A stretch of 64,000 nucleotides of DNA from Patescibacteria group bacterium. GTDB taxonomy: Bacteria; Patescibacteriota; Microgenomatia; UBA1400; PJMF01. The DNA lies in assembly GCA_039934415.1 (NCBI GenBank), contig JBDTME010000002.1, forward strand, positions 92,746 to 156,745. Direction: 5' to 3'. The notes below the pieces were generated by a model. That model searched no databases and was not told where the DNA came from. It saw only the letters and a program-made list of their open reading frames with translations. The position numbers were made by a program, and so were the translations under genes. This document shows, piece after piece, positions 19,416-29,430 of this stretch; positions within the stretch are counted from its first letter, which is position 1, and each line of letters opens with the position of its first letter.

Positions 19416-20072
19416 ATGAGCGCACAGACCAACGAAAACCCTCTAATCGTCATAGCTGGCAACATGGCAGTCGGGAAAACGACTTTCGCAGAACTGCTCC
19501 ACACATACTACAATATCCCAATACTTCCAGAAAATTTTAACGATAATCCTTACTTGGAAAAATTTTATGAAGATATGGCTACTTGGGCATATCCTTCTCA
19601 ACTTTTTTTCTTAGAAGAAAGAGCAAAACAAAGCGTTGTCATAAACTCCAGACAGACTCCACTCATTCTTGATCGCTCAGTCTATGAAGATCGCGGAATT
19701 TTTGCAGAAAACCTGTATAGGAAAAATTTCATTTCTCCAGAAGATTTTGGGAAATATGAAAAGCGCTACCAAGAAATAATAACTGCTCTGCCATCTCCCA
19801 GCCTGCTTGTTTTTTTAACAGCTTCAGTGGACACGCTGATGAAGAGAATGGCAAACAGAGGAAGAGATTTTGAACAAAACATCGACAGATCATATTTAGA
19901 AGCGTTGAATACACTCTATAATGAATGGGTTGACTCACTACCTCTGGTACTCCCCAAGTCTAGAATACTAAAAATTGAGACTGATACTTTGAATCTGGTG
20001 AGTAATCACACAGATATTGAAAGCGGCCTGAGACAGATTGAAAAGAACATAAAACTCAATAGATCTACCTAA
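19416..20072 (+). CDS. deoxynucleoside kinase
   Basis: IAGNMAVGKTT, NPYLEKFY, DRSVYED, RGRDFE. Confidence 0.9.
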   Translation: MSAQTNENPLIVIAGNMAVGKTTFAELLHTYYNIPILPENFNDNPYLEKFYEDMATWAYPSQLFFLEERAKQSVVINSRQTPLILDRSVYEDRGIFAENLYRKNFISPEDFGKYEKRYQEIITALPSPSLLVFLTASVDTLMKRMANRGRDFEQNIDRSYLEALNTLYNEWVDSLPLVLPKSRILKIETDTLNLVSNHTDIESGLRQIEKNIKLNRST

Positions 20073-20135
20073 ATTCGCGCCATTGGCATTGAATTGCTTT
20101 ATAAGAGAACCATCCTCATCTGGTAAAATACGGAC

Positions 20136-21212
20136 ATGAGTCCCACAAATGATCTTATTTCAATTTTAGCCATCGAATCTTCCTGCGACGAAACCGCGTG
20201 TGCAATTGTACAAAAATCACCAGACACCTCACTGGTAAAAGTCACTTCTTCTATTACAGCTACCAGTTTAGCCAAGCATAAAGCTACTCAAGGGATTGTT
20301 CCTGAGGTGGCAGCTCGAGAACAGCTCAAATATATACTGCCCGTGATTGAAGATGCGATCAAAGAGCACAAAACCCTGAAGCTGGACGCAATTGCAGTGA
20401 CTACTGGTCCAGGACTCGTTGGTTCTCTACTCGTTGGTATTGAAACTGCTCGTGCGCTGGCAGTGGCTTGGCAGTTGCCTGTTATTCCAGTCAATCACGT
20501 TCAAGCTCATCCATATGCCAATTTCGTAAAGCAGCAAGCTGATGAGCAGCAAGAACCAGACTTCCCGATCCTTTCTTGGGTGATCTCGGGAGGACACACA
20601 GATCTGTATCTCATGAACTCTCATCAAGATATTCAGAAACTTGGTAGTACTGTCGATGATGCGGCTGGAGAATGTTTTGACAAATGTGCTCGAGTGTTGG
20701 GGTTTGATTATCCAGGCGGACCATTCATTGAAAAACTGGCACAAGAATGTAATAACGACTTTCTTACGGCCTTTAAAGGAGAGTCTGTTCATCTTCCTCG
20801 GCCACTACTTCATGAAAAAACATTTGACATGTCGTTTTCTGGTTTGAAGACTGCTTTTTTGAGAGCATACACTGAAAAAAATAAAACTGTTGACGCTAAA
20901 GACTTAAAAGTACTACTTGCACATGAACTTCAAGAAGCAATCGGCGACATCATGATTAAGCGGACAGAGCAAGCTTTAAAAGAGTTTCCAACAATTAGAT
21001 CTATTATTGTCTCCGGCGGAGTTGCAGCAAATAAAAGATTGAAGCAGAAACTTGAAGAAAAGCTTTTAAATACAGAAAGTTATCAACACATTTCACTTCA
21101 CTTCCCGCCTCTCAGTTTATGCACAGATAATGCTGTCATGATTGGAGCGTACGCTGCATTTCATTTCGATCAAAAAACGAGTTGGGATAATGTAAGACTA
21201 ATGCTGCGATAG
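20136..21212 (+). CDS. tsaD: tRNA N6-adenosine threonylcarbamoyltransferase
   Basis: ILAIESSCDETA, GPGLVGSL, VNHVQAH, SGGHT, DDAAGE, TDNAVMIG. Confidence 0.95.
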   Translation: MSPTNDLISILAIESSCDETACAIVQKSPDTSLVKVTSSITATSLAKHKATQGIVPEVAAREQLKYILPVIEDAIKEHKTLKLDAIAVTTGPGLVGSLLVGIETARALAVAWQLPVIPVNHVQAHPYANFVKQQADEQQEPDFPILSWVISGGHTDLYLMNSHQDIQKLGSTVDDAAGECFDKCARVLGFDYPGGPFIEKLAQECNNDFLTAFKGESVHLPRPLLHEKTFDMSFSGLKTAFLRAYTEKNKTVDAKDLKVLLAHELQEAIGDIMIKRTEQALKEFPTIRSIIVSGGVAANKRLKQKLEEKLLNTESYQHISLHFPPLSLCTDNAVMIGAYAAFHFDQKTSWDNVRLMLR

Positions 21213-21225
21213 AACAGACTTGGTC

Positions 21226-21537
21226 TTAATTTTTAGAAAAGTGGCCTTGGGGATTTCTCACTTCCTCTAGAGATTTCACAAGCTGTTGAATGTATGCACG
21301 CTCCTGAGCCTCTCTCGCAGTTACCTGCATAAAGGCTTTACGGGTACACCGAGATAATTTGTGATCTATGGGTTTTTTAATATATGTTTGATTTAAATCC
21401 ATCGCGGCAGACTCAGTTTTTGAGTAAGGAGATACAGGCGAATCAAGATACAACCTTCCATTCGCTACCGATGAGTACAGCTTTGCACCTTCTACAAATG
21501 TTTGTAACAACCTAGAAAATAAGCTTCGTTCTTTCAT
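21226..21537 (-). CDS. hypothetical protein
   Basis: 103 aa ORF with GAAGGAAG upstream, no motif recognised. Confidence 0.5.
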   Translation of the reverse strand: MKERSLFSRLLQTFVEGAKLYSSVANGRLYLDSPVSPYSKTESAAMDLNQTYIKKPIDHKLSRCTRKAFMQVTAREAQERAYIQQLVKSLEEVRNPQGHFSKN

Positions 21538-21609
21538 AGTCTTCCTTCAATTGCCGATTGTAACACGTCACTAAGGTTCTGCTCGCTTAAGTTAAAAGCT
21601 TTTATTCTG

Positions 21610-21618
21610 TGATATAAT
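21610..21618 (+). promoter_or_regulatory. extended -10 promoter of the valS leader
   Basis: TG-A-TATAAT. Confidence 0.65.
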
Positions 21619-21624
21619 TTCCTC

Positions 21625-21945
21625 AATAACATGACCGACTAGTCATCGGCAGTCCGTTAAGGACTGATTTGAGAGGAAAACTTTTTAACTGAGCAAAATC
21701 GCAGAGCGTGTTTACAAAAGACACGTGAAAAACAACCCCCTACAGGAGGAAAAAAACTGCGTGAAAATCTATTTTAAATAGAGTTTGATGCTTGGTTCTA
21801 AGTGAGTAGAACTCAACGGGTACGCCCGTTACAGCAGCAACAAAGTCTCGCTTCGGCGAGAGAAGTACGATGGTACCGAGTGCTTAGTTTGTAAACACTC
21901 TCGTATATACTCAGATTATTGAGTGTATAGGAGAGTGTTTTTTTT
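21625..21945 (+). ncRNA. T-box riboswitch leader of valS
   Basis: Antiterminator TACGA-[TGGTACC bulge]-GAGTG (21866-21882) pairs with CACTC-TCGTA (21896-21905), mutually exclusive with terminator 21893-21945. Stem III TCTCGC-TTCG-GCGAGA; AACGGG-TACG-CCCGTTA Stem IIA/B-like. Confidence 0.85.
21893..21945 (+). terminator. T-box attenuator terminator
   Basis: AAACACTCTCGTATATACTCA / TGAGTGTATAGGAGAGTGTTT ending in an 8-T run. Confidence 0.9.
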
Positions 21946-22024
21946 GACTTGACTGATACACTTTTCAAATCAGTTAAGTCAGATTGCGAGGTCTGGCGAA
22001 GTGTGAGGAGCCAGACTAAGCAAG
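21945..22024. repeat. dispersed palindromic intergenic element, copy 2
   Basis: 13-bp hairpin 21945-21981, then GCGAGGTCTGGCGAAGTGTGAGGAGCCAGACTAAGCAAG. Confidence 0.7.
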
Positions 22025-22071
22025 ATCATAAAAATCAAGTATTTGAGACAATCAAGTATTAAAGGAAAACT

Positions 22072-24369
22072 ATGGAAAAAAACTTTGATCACGCTCAACA
22101 AGAAGCAGCCATGTACGATCTTTGGGAAAAAGCGGAGGCGTTCAATCCAGACAGAATGCAAACAAAAAAGAAGACAGAAAGTGGTCGAGTCAAGTCAAAG
22201 CAGTTTTCAATCATCATGCCACCTCCCAACGCAAATGATCCGTTACACGTGGGTCATGCAATGTTTATCTCAGTAGAAGATATTTTAATTCGTTATCACC
22301 GGATGAAAGGTGACGACACGGTCTGGATTCCAGGCACAGATCATGCCGGCATCGAAACACAGTTCGTATTTGAAAAGAAATTAGCTAAACAAGGCAAAAG
22401 TCGATTTAACTTTGATCGAGATACTTTATACAAAATGATTTGGGACTACGTCCAAGAAAACTCCGGTGTGGCAGTAGATCAAATGAAGAAGTTAGGTGCA
22501 AGTGCAGATTGGTCTCGCTTTAAGTTCACACTCGATCCATCTGTTGTTGATTTCGTCGTGCAAACATTTCAAAAAATGCACGATGACGGACTAGTCTATC
22601 GAGATTTAAAACTGGTTAATTACTGCACTCACTGTGGCACGAGTTACTCTGAATTAGAAGTAAACCACACGGAGCAAACGACAAACCTGTATTACATTAA
22701 ATATCCTATGGCAGACGATCCCAATGAACACATTGTTGTCGCTACCACTCGACCAGAGCCGATTTTCGCAGACCAGTATTTAGCTGTGCATCCAGACGAC
22801 TCTTCAAAACAACATTTAATTGGAAAAAAGGTTTTGAATCCGCTCACAAAACAACCGATGGAGATCATTGCCGATTCGTTTGTGGACCCAGAGTTTGGTA
22901 CGGGAATTGTCAAACTCACACCAGCCCATGACTTCACAGACTTTGAAGTTGCTCAACGACATCATCTGCCTCTTGTACCTGCCATTGGTTTGGATGGGAA
23001 AATCTTGGAAAACGGTGGGGAGTTTGCAGGCTTAAAAGTTGCAGAAGCCAGAAAAAAAGTGGTAGAGGTCTTGGAAAAAGCAAATCTGATCGAGAAAATT
23101 AATTCGCAATATGTAAATCGCATCGGAACCTGTTATCGATGCGGTCGAATCATTGAGATCCTTCCACTCCCTCAATTTTTTATCAAAGTAAAAGATCAAA
23201 AAAACAATTTAACGCAAAAAGTGTTGGATGTTTTAGACAAGCAAGAAACCAAGATTTATGGAGCTGGTCGAGAAAAGATTTTGAGAAACTGGTTAGAAAA
23301 CTTAAAAGATTGGAATATTAGTCGCCAGATTGTGTGGGGCATTCGAATCCCTGTCTGGTATGAGATCACAGGGAACGAAGAGAAAATTTCAGTCACATTT
23401 ATTAACTCAAAAGGTGAGTTTCAAAAAACCGCCACACTACAAAAAAGACTCGATGAAGGCTATTCAATAGATGAAATTAAAAAAGGCTTGCAGCAAGTCT
23501 ACGCTCCTGCTGAGAATCATTTTGTTGTATCTGAAAAAAATCCAGGCGAGACATACCTCCCAGAAACAGATACTTTCGATACTTGGTTTTCTTCTGGTCA
23601 GTGGCCAATAGTGACGTTGAAAACAAACAAAGAAAATGATTTTGATCGTTTCTACCCCACGACAGTCATGGAAACTGCATACGATATTTTACTTTTTTGG
23701 GTAATGCGGATGATGATGATGGGCGTGTACTTGGAAAATAAAACCCCATTTGCACACGTCTATTTGCACGGGCTTGTGCGTGATGAAAAAGGTCAAAAAA
23801 TGAGTAAGAGTAAAGGGAATGTCATAAATCCTTTAGAGTTTGTAAATAAATATGGAGCTGATGCCGTCAGAATGGCTTTGATCATGTCCTCTACTCCAGG
23901 CTCTGATTCAGCGGTTGGTGAAAGTAAGATTCGAGGCATGCGAAATTTTTCAAATAAAATTTGGAATGCGGTGAGATTTATTTTATTAACTCTGGAAGAT
24001 GAATCACAAAATCACTCTGAAAAAAATCTAGACTCGGTTAAAGATCAGGCCTTTGAAAAGAAACTGAACGAGGTTGTTGGACAAGTCACAGATCAACTTG
24101 AAAAACTAAAAGTTGGAATGGCGGCAGAGATAGCCTACAACGAATTCTGGCACTGGTTTTGTGACGAGTGTATTGAAGAGCAAAAAAAAGGAAACCTTTC
24201 ACGCGATGCATTGTTAAAAGGCTTAATCACATTTTTGCGACTTCTCCATCCTTTTGCACCATTCGTAACTGAAACCGTTTGGCAAGAATTGTGGAACAAT
24301 GGTGATGAGCAGCTGAAAAAACAATTAGGAAGTAAGTTGTTGATCGTAGCTGAGTGGCCAACAGAATAA
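22072..24369 (+). CDS. valS: valine--tRNA ligase (short form without C-terminal coiled-coil arm)
   Basis: PPPNAN..LHVGH, PGTDHAGIETQ, DWNISRQIVWG, DTFDTWFSS, KMSKSKGN. Confidence 0.95.
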   Translation: MEKNFDHAQQEAAMYDLWEKAEAFNPDRMQTKKKTESGRVKSKQFSIIMPPPNANDPLHVGHAMFISVEDILIRYHRMKGDDTVWIPGTDHAGIETQFVFEKKLAKQGKSRFNFDRDTLYKMIWDYVQENSGVAVDQMKKLGASADWSRFKFTLDPSVVDFVVQTFQKMHDDGLVYRDLKLVNYCTHCGTSYSELEVNHTEQTTNLYYIKYPMADDPNEHIVVATTRPEPIFADQYLAVHPDDSSKQHLIGKKVLNPLTKQPMEIIADSFVDPEFGTGIVKLTPAHDFTDFEVAQRHHLPLVPAIGLDGKILENGGEFAGLKVAEARKKVVEVLEKANLIEKINSQYVNRIGTCYRCGRIIEILPLPQFFIKVKDQKNNLTQKVLDVLDKQETKIYGAGREKILRNWLENLKDWNISRQIVWGIRIPVWYEITGNEEKISVTFINSKGEFQKTATLQKRLDEGYSIDEIKKGLQQVYAPAENHFVVSEKNPGETYLPETDTFDTWFSSGQWPIVTLKTNKENDFDRFYPTTVMETAYDILLFWVMRMMMMGVYLENKTPFAHVYLHGLVRDEKGQKMSKSKGNVINPLEFVNKYGADAVRMALIMSSTPGSDSAVGESKIRGMRNFSNKIWNAVRFILLTLEDESQNHSEKNLDSVKDQAFEKKLNEVVGQVTDQLEKLKVGMAAEIAYNEFWHWFCDECIEEQKKGNLSRDALLKGLITFLRLLHPFAPFVTETVWQELWNNGDEQLKKQLGSKLLIVAEWPTE

Positions 24370-24560
24370 AACAAGGTTTTAAAAATATGTAACATTATGT
24401 GTAACATTTACAAAAAGCGCTAAAACCCTGTGTGACTTGCTCATGTTTCTTTAGCTGATATTTTTCAATATACTTTCTAGTTGATACTCGCTACTTGCTA
24501 TTAACAACTATGGAATCGATTGCATTTTTCTTTTTTACGATCCGACTGTCACTCACGCTG

Positions 24561-24950
24561 ATGAGTGAGTTGATATTTGTGCTTTTGAGACTGTTGATTG
24601 GCACAAAAACGTTTCTGCTTTCCTTTTTCCTATTCTTACTGCTCATAGGTTCTGCTTCAGTGCAAATCGTGTTTAAAACTCCTCCACCACTGCCGCTCAT
24701 CATCACATTGAAAGATCGACAAGCAGCTGAGACTCGCATTTCTTTTTGGGAAAGTTTGGTCACGAGTTCTCCCAATCGTGACTCTTTTTTAAATCTAGAA
24801 AAACTCTATCGATATTTAAATGAAGAAGATCGTGCCAAGTTATTCAGAAAAAGAGCATTTTCACTCGACCCTGCGAATCCAGTATTTCAGAATGACGACT
24901 GGTTATGGCAAGAAGAACTCCCCGCCTCAACATCTGCAATATCTAATTAG
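24561..24950 (+). CDS. hypothetical membrane-anchored protein (TPR-like C-terminus)
   Basis: TM helix, then SPNRDSFLNL..LY...A......AFSLDP; start uncertain. Confidence 0.6.
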   Translation: MSELIFVLLRLLIGTKTFLLSFFLFLLLIGSASVQIVFKTPPPLPLIITLKDRQAAETRISFWESLVTSSPNRDSFLNLEKLYRYLNEEDRAKLFRKRAFSLDPANPVFQNDDWLWQEELPASTSAISN

Positions 24951-24976
24951 TTTTTACAGAAATCTTGAAGTAATAC

Positions 24977-25006
24977 AAAAAGGATCCCTGGTTAGAGGGA
25001 TCCTTA
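24977..25006 (-). terminator. intrinsic terminator between convergent genes (rplY side)
   Basis: AAGGATCCCT-GGTTAG-AGGGATCCTT preceded by A-tract. Confidence 0.75.
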
Positions 25007-25032
25007 AATCATTTAAGTTGTGATAAAAATCT

Positions 25033-25731
25033 TTACTCTTTGCTGTCTTCTTTCTTTTCATCAGCTTTGGCTTCACCTTCGGCTGGTTTGGCTCCATCAG
25101 CAGGAGCACCTTCACCGTCAGCACCTTCAACACCTTCAGCAGGAGCAGCTTCTACTGGCTCTTCATCCATTTGTTGCAGCTCTTGGACTTGCAGCAAGAT
25201 CTCATCAGGTTCTAACGAAAGGGTCAATTTTGTTGAATCAGCTTTCAATTGTCTGACTGTAAATTCTTGGCCAATCTCTGTAAATTGAGTAAGATCAATC
25301 GTAAATGCTTCTGGGAAATCAGTTGGCAACGCTTCGACTTCAATTTCTTGGAACATTTGGTTAATACTGGCATCAGTAACTGCGAGTTCGCCGGTCAATT
25401 CAACTGGTACTGTTGCTGTAACTTTTTCTTTCAAGTCAACCTGACGGAAAGTGACGTGTAATGGTTTTCGAGACATCACGTCCAAATCAACACTATCAAT
25501 CAAGGTTGGTCTTTTTTCTTTTTCGCCGTCAACTTGAATGTACACGACTGCAGTTTCACCTGCATCAAGATGAATTTTACGAAATTCTTTTGCATCAACC
25601 GTGATCGCAACAGGAACCTTGATCTTGCCAGAAATATTGGCGGGAACTTGGCCTTTGTTTCTCAGCTGTTTGGATTTTTTACCAAAAAGAGTGCGTGGTT
25701 CAGCCTTTAGTTGGTGTTGGGTGTTCGTCAT
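25033..25731 (-). CDS. rplY: 50S ribosomal protein L25/Ctc
   Basis: LKAEPRTLFGKKSKQLRNKGQVPANISG, PLHVTFRQV, IEVEALP; acidic tail; AAGGAG RBS. Confidence 0.93.
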   Translation of the reverse strand: MTNTQHQLKAEPRTLFGKKSKQLRNKGQVPANISGKIKVPVAITVDAKEFRKIHLDAGETAVVYIQVDGEKEKRPTLIDSVDLDVMSRKPLHVTFRQVDLKEKVTATVPVELTGELAVTDASINQMFQEIEVEALPTDFPEAFTIDLTQFTEIGQEFTVRQLKADSTKLTLSLEPDEILLQVQELQQMDEEPVEAAPAEGVEGADGEGAPADGAKPAEGEAKADEKKEDSKE

Positions 25732-25776
25732 AAAACTCCTTGATTTGTGAGATAAACTTTTCAATCGAGCAATTAG

Positions 25777-25822
25777 TTGGTGATAATCTAGCGAGTATTT
25801 GTAGCCAGATTGAAACGAACAA
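25777..25822. repeat. dispersed palindromic intergenic element, copy 3 (degenerate)
   Basis: TTGGTGATAATCTAGCGAGTATTTGTAGCCAGATTGAAACGAACAA. Confidence 0.55.
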
Positions 25823-25910
25823 ATGCTTCAAAATGAAGTCAAGAACGGCTATTGTACCAAGCAAAACGGGAAATCTCTAGAGGGAGGCTCAAAAATTCGT
25901 CAAAATGGTG

Positions 25911-28900
25911 TCACCGAAACTTCACCCCGGCAAAACTGTGTTCACCTCCCCAGAAGGAAAACTCGATCTTTTCGCCTGAGATTTGCGCATCTGGAGCTAT
26001 GACGATTGGCACATATTGAGGGTCGTAGAACATCGTAATTTTGGTGGGGGTTGCACCAGTGCCTGGTTGTTTTTGATCAAAAAAGGCATAAGACGCTTGT
26101 TTACCAATCGATTCTTCTTGATATTCGAGGACGACCTTGCTAGTAGTTTCTGGCAAAACTTCTATAAAAACTCCCACAACTTGTGAGTTTTTATCTTGAT
26201 ATTGTTTAATCAAGGCTGGTTCAACTGCCACGTTATTGACTGTCACCGTTCGTAACTTGGCGTTGTCGGGCAGGTACCAACGAATGTAGTTTTTATAGAC
26301 ACCACCTGGCCAGCTATTAGAGTTGCTGCTATTTTCGTACGTGATGGTGCGTTGATGGATGATCATATCCGACTTAATTTGGCTACTATGCTCAACTTTT
26401 TTCTTGATGGAGTAGTTTACTTTATTCACCCCCACGTTTGAGTCAACTTGATAGATCCGACTCACTAAACATTGCTCCTGAACGAGTTGTGTTGGGCAAG
26501 GTGGCGTAATCACACTCCCCGTCCACCCTAGAGTTCCAAGCGTCGTTTCCGTAGCCAGATCTTGAAATGAAGCGGTGATTTCAGCCTGTTTCAGTTGATC
26601 AGATAAGACACTCACTAACTGTTTAGTTTGGCTTTCGTCCATCGTTTTAATTTTTTCCAGGGTTGCTTGAAAAATACTGGCAAGAAAATCAGGTTTTTGT
26701 GCGGTTGGTTCTGTGCTGAGCAGACCTGTTTTCGCATAAAAAAACTCGCGTTCTGCGAAGTTTTTCTCGGTAATACTTTCGTTGTCAAAATCCTTCAAAC
26801 TCACGGAGCCTAGTACGCCAATGACTTTAGCCAAGGAGTTTGTGTTGATACCAATTACACCATCGACTGTAGTGCTCGTACCTTTTTCGAGGAAAAATTG
26901 AATTTGTTTGGCAGTAATCTCAAAATTTGGATTCCAGTTTGCATCACGCAGGTGCCACTGCTTCTCACCCAAGTATTGCTGGACTTCTTCAGGAGGCTGA
27001 ATTTCACCGCTTATTGCTGAAGAAACTTCATCAGGTTTCAGTATTTTGACATTACTCACTTTCCCTTCAGTCAGTGTCACTGTTGCTATACTCTGAACAA
27101 AACCGCCTGTTGCTCGCAACTCTTGAGAGTCTTGCAGAACGATTGCAATCGTTTTCGTTCGTTCTTTGTTCAAAATATTCGGAATTACTTCTGTCAATTG
27201 TTGTCCAACCAGAACCTCTCGTCGAATCTCACTAATAGTATCGATAAAGTCTTTCTGTTGATCTGGGGTGAACTGTGTTTGAAAAAAAATACTGGAGCTC
27301 GTGTCTTTTAGCTCACCTTCAAGAAGAGAAAGTTGTTTGTAGACGGTGTCAGTTTGGCCAAGACTTGGAGTCAAAGTCGAGACTGGATCACCGCTCTCTG
27401 CGCCTAATACTTGACGAATTGCGTGCACATGTCGAGTTTGAATTTCATTGAGCGCAATGCTGAGTGTGGAGAGCTTTTTGGCGACGTCGAGCTGGCTGTA
27501 TGAATCTGCAAAAATACTTGTTCCCATCACGCTTGAGTAGAAGGAAAGCTGTTTATCAAGTAAGTTCTGAGAAAAAATTAAATTGGCGGTGGATTTCGAA
27601 TCAACACCACCCCCCTGTTCAAATTCTTGAACCATCTTCATCAGATTTTTTTGTAAAGAAGTGACGGAAAAGAAAAACAACGCAACGAGGAAGATTGCCG
27701 TTCCAAACACGGCACAAAAAAACCAAAAAATGCCCTTTTGGGCGCGATACCACTTCCCTACCCGAGTCTCTTGACCGAATAAAATTTGAATTGGAGTTGT
27801 GGTTCGTTCTTGATGGCGGTCAGCGCGCGTTCTTTGAGGTTTTAGGGTGCCAGAGAAAAGAGTGGCAATTTTTTTCTCAAGTAATCTCTTTTGGTGCTCT
27901 TCATCTTTCTCTAGTTCTTTTATCTTCTCTTGCTCTTGCTGTCGCTCGTGGTGAACTCTGGCTGTGATTTGAGGATTAACCTGAGGTGCAGCAGCTTCTG
28001 CTGCTACAGCAGAGTTGACGTGTCTTTCCAAACTAGTTGAAAATTGTTGCAATATAATTTTGGATCGCCGAATGTCGGGCATCTGTTGCTCTGGAATTAA
28101 AATCGGCCCTCGATTAGGCAAAGTGATAATCGGTGACGCAACGTTGAGTTGGATTGCACTTTCTTGAATACCCAAGGTGTTGACCAAAGCGCTCGGTTCG
28201 GAAACCTGTGGCGTCAAGTGATAATTTGCCATGCTTTTCGGAACTAGTTGAGAAAGCGGCAAAGTATCCAGTACATTTACCCGAGGTGTCTCGGCTCGTT
28301 TTTCAACAATTTTTAGGGGCTTTCGGACATCTTTTTTATTTTTTTCAGTGGGTTCTTTTTCCATTTCTTCATCGTGGTTTGAAGTTGGAGCAGGAGGTGG
28401 AACTGAAACAGGAGCCTGTGTGGTAGTTTTGCTCGCAGAAACTTTCTTCTCATCTAATGGTCGCGCTTTAGGAACATGTGGTCTGGGAATGTCGGTTGAA
28501 CTGTAGTCCTCTACTGTCTTTTCTGGTTGATAGTGAAATTTCGCCTCTACAATCAACTCCGACACCACTTCTTCCAATGTCGCGCTCCCTGGAATTGGAA
28601 AATCTTTGAATCCCCCACTCCATTCTGATTTTAAGTCTGGATGAAGTAACACCTCTTCACCTTTAAACCGGCGTCGGAACTCGCTCTGTATCGTTTTCAT
28701 GATCGTTTTGGTGAGTAATGGTCTCTTACTCACCACTACTCGCCGCTTGCCACCTCTAGGGTCAAAACTCAAACTCACTAGACTCTCTACAACTTCTTTT
28801 TCATTTAAAAAACCAATTTGATCGCTGGTAAAAGGAAACTTACTTTGATGTAAAAAGTGGATTATTTGCTGATAATTCAAACTAAACAACTCATTCGACA

Positions 28901-29312
28901 AAAGATCTTGATAAGTTAAAAGGCTAGTGTAGGGGGAGCGTTGTTCAAAAAAGAGGCTCACATCAATCAAATTCTGCCCAACTTGTTCAAATCTTTTCTC
29001 ACCACGATAAGAAAATGGCTGATGCATGACCACATAACTCAACCCTTTGGTTTCTTGAAAAATCTTCACCATTTTCTTGGCCTGATCTATAGACAAGTGT
29101 TCAACGTCATCAATCCAGAAAACCTTGTACCAAGTAGAGGAGAGGCCAGAATCTAAAAACTGTTCAAGAGAAGCGGAGTCACTGCTTTTTTGCGTCACTT
29201 CTAAACCATGCTGTTGTAGTTGGTCGGCAAATAAATCGGAGAGTACAGGACTTTGTGAAAAAATCAGTACAGTTAAATCTTGTGGTAGTGTTTCGGTGAC
29301 GAACGCACTCAT
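25911..29312 (-). CDS. DUF4012-domain membrane protein with large cytoplasmic N-terminal region
   Basis: VLQDSQELRATGGF, WHLRDANWNPNF, VDGVIGIN, DSNVGVNKVN, QKQPG after a single TM. Confidence 0.85.
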   Translation of the reverse strand: MSAFVTETLPQDLTVLIFSQSPVLSDLFADQLQQHGLEVTQKSSDSASLEQFLDSGLSSTWYKVFWIDDVEHLSIDQAKKMVKIFQETKGLSYVVMHQPFSYRGEKRFEQVGQNLIDVSLFFEQRSPYTSLLTYQDLLSNELFSLNYQQIIHFLHQSKFPFTSDQIGFLNEKEVVESLVSLSFDPRGGKRRVVVSKRPLLTKTIMKTIQSEFRRRFKGEEVLLHPDLKSEWSGGFKDFPIPGSATLEEVVSELIVEAKFHYQPEKTVEDYSSTDIPRPHVPKARPLDEKKVSASKTTTQAPVSVPPPAPTSNHDEEMEKEPTEKNKKDVRKPLKIVEKRAETPRVNVLDTLPLSQLVPKSMANYHLTPQVSEPSALVNTLGIQESAIQLNVASPIITLPNRGPILIPEQQMPDIRRSKIILQQFSTSLERHVNSAVAAEAAAPQVNPQITARVHHERQQEQEKIKELEKDEEHQKRLLEKKIATLFSGTLKPQRTRADRHQERTTTPIQILFGQETRVGKWYRAQKGIFWFFCAVFGTAIFLVALFFFSVTSLQKNLMKMVQEFEQGGGVDSKSTANLIFSQNLLDKQLSFYSSVMGTSIFADSYSQLDVAKKLSTLSIALNEIQTRHVHAIRQVLGAESGDPVSTLTPSLGQTDTVYKQLSLLEGELKDTSSSIFFQTQFTPDQQKDFIDTISEIRREVLVGQQLTEVIPNILNKERTKTIAIVLQDSQELRATGGFVQSIATVTLTEGKVSNVKILKPDEVSSAISGEIQPPEEVQQYLGEKQWHLRDANWNPNFEITAKQIQFFLEKGTSTTVDGVIGINTNSLAKVIGVLGSVSLKDFDNESITEKNFAEREFFYAKTGLLSTEPTAQKPDFLASIFQATLEKIKTMDESQTKQLVSVLSDQLKQAEITASFQDLATETTLGTLGWTGSVITPPCPTQLVQEQCLVSRIYQVDSNVGVNKVNYSIKKKVEHSSQIKSDMIIHQRTITYENSSNSNSWPGGVYKNYIRWYLPDNAKLRTVTVNNVAVEPALIKQYQDKNSQVVGVFIEVLPETTSKVVLEYQEESIGKQASYAFFDQKQPGTGATPTKITMFYDPQYVPIVIAPDAQISGEKIEFSFWGGEHSFAGVKFR

Positions 29313-29430
29313 TTGGGCAGCTTTCAAATAATCAATACAAACAAAACATCATTTTCAGATGCTTGTTTCATCTTACGGTATGGAATGGGGGAGTGGCAAA
29401 TTTATTAATAAACTGCCCAAATCAAGAAAC

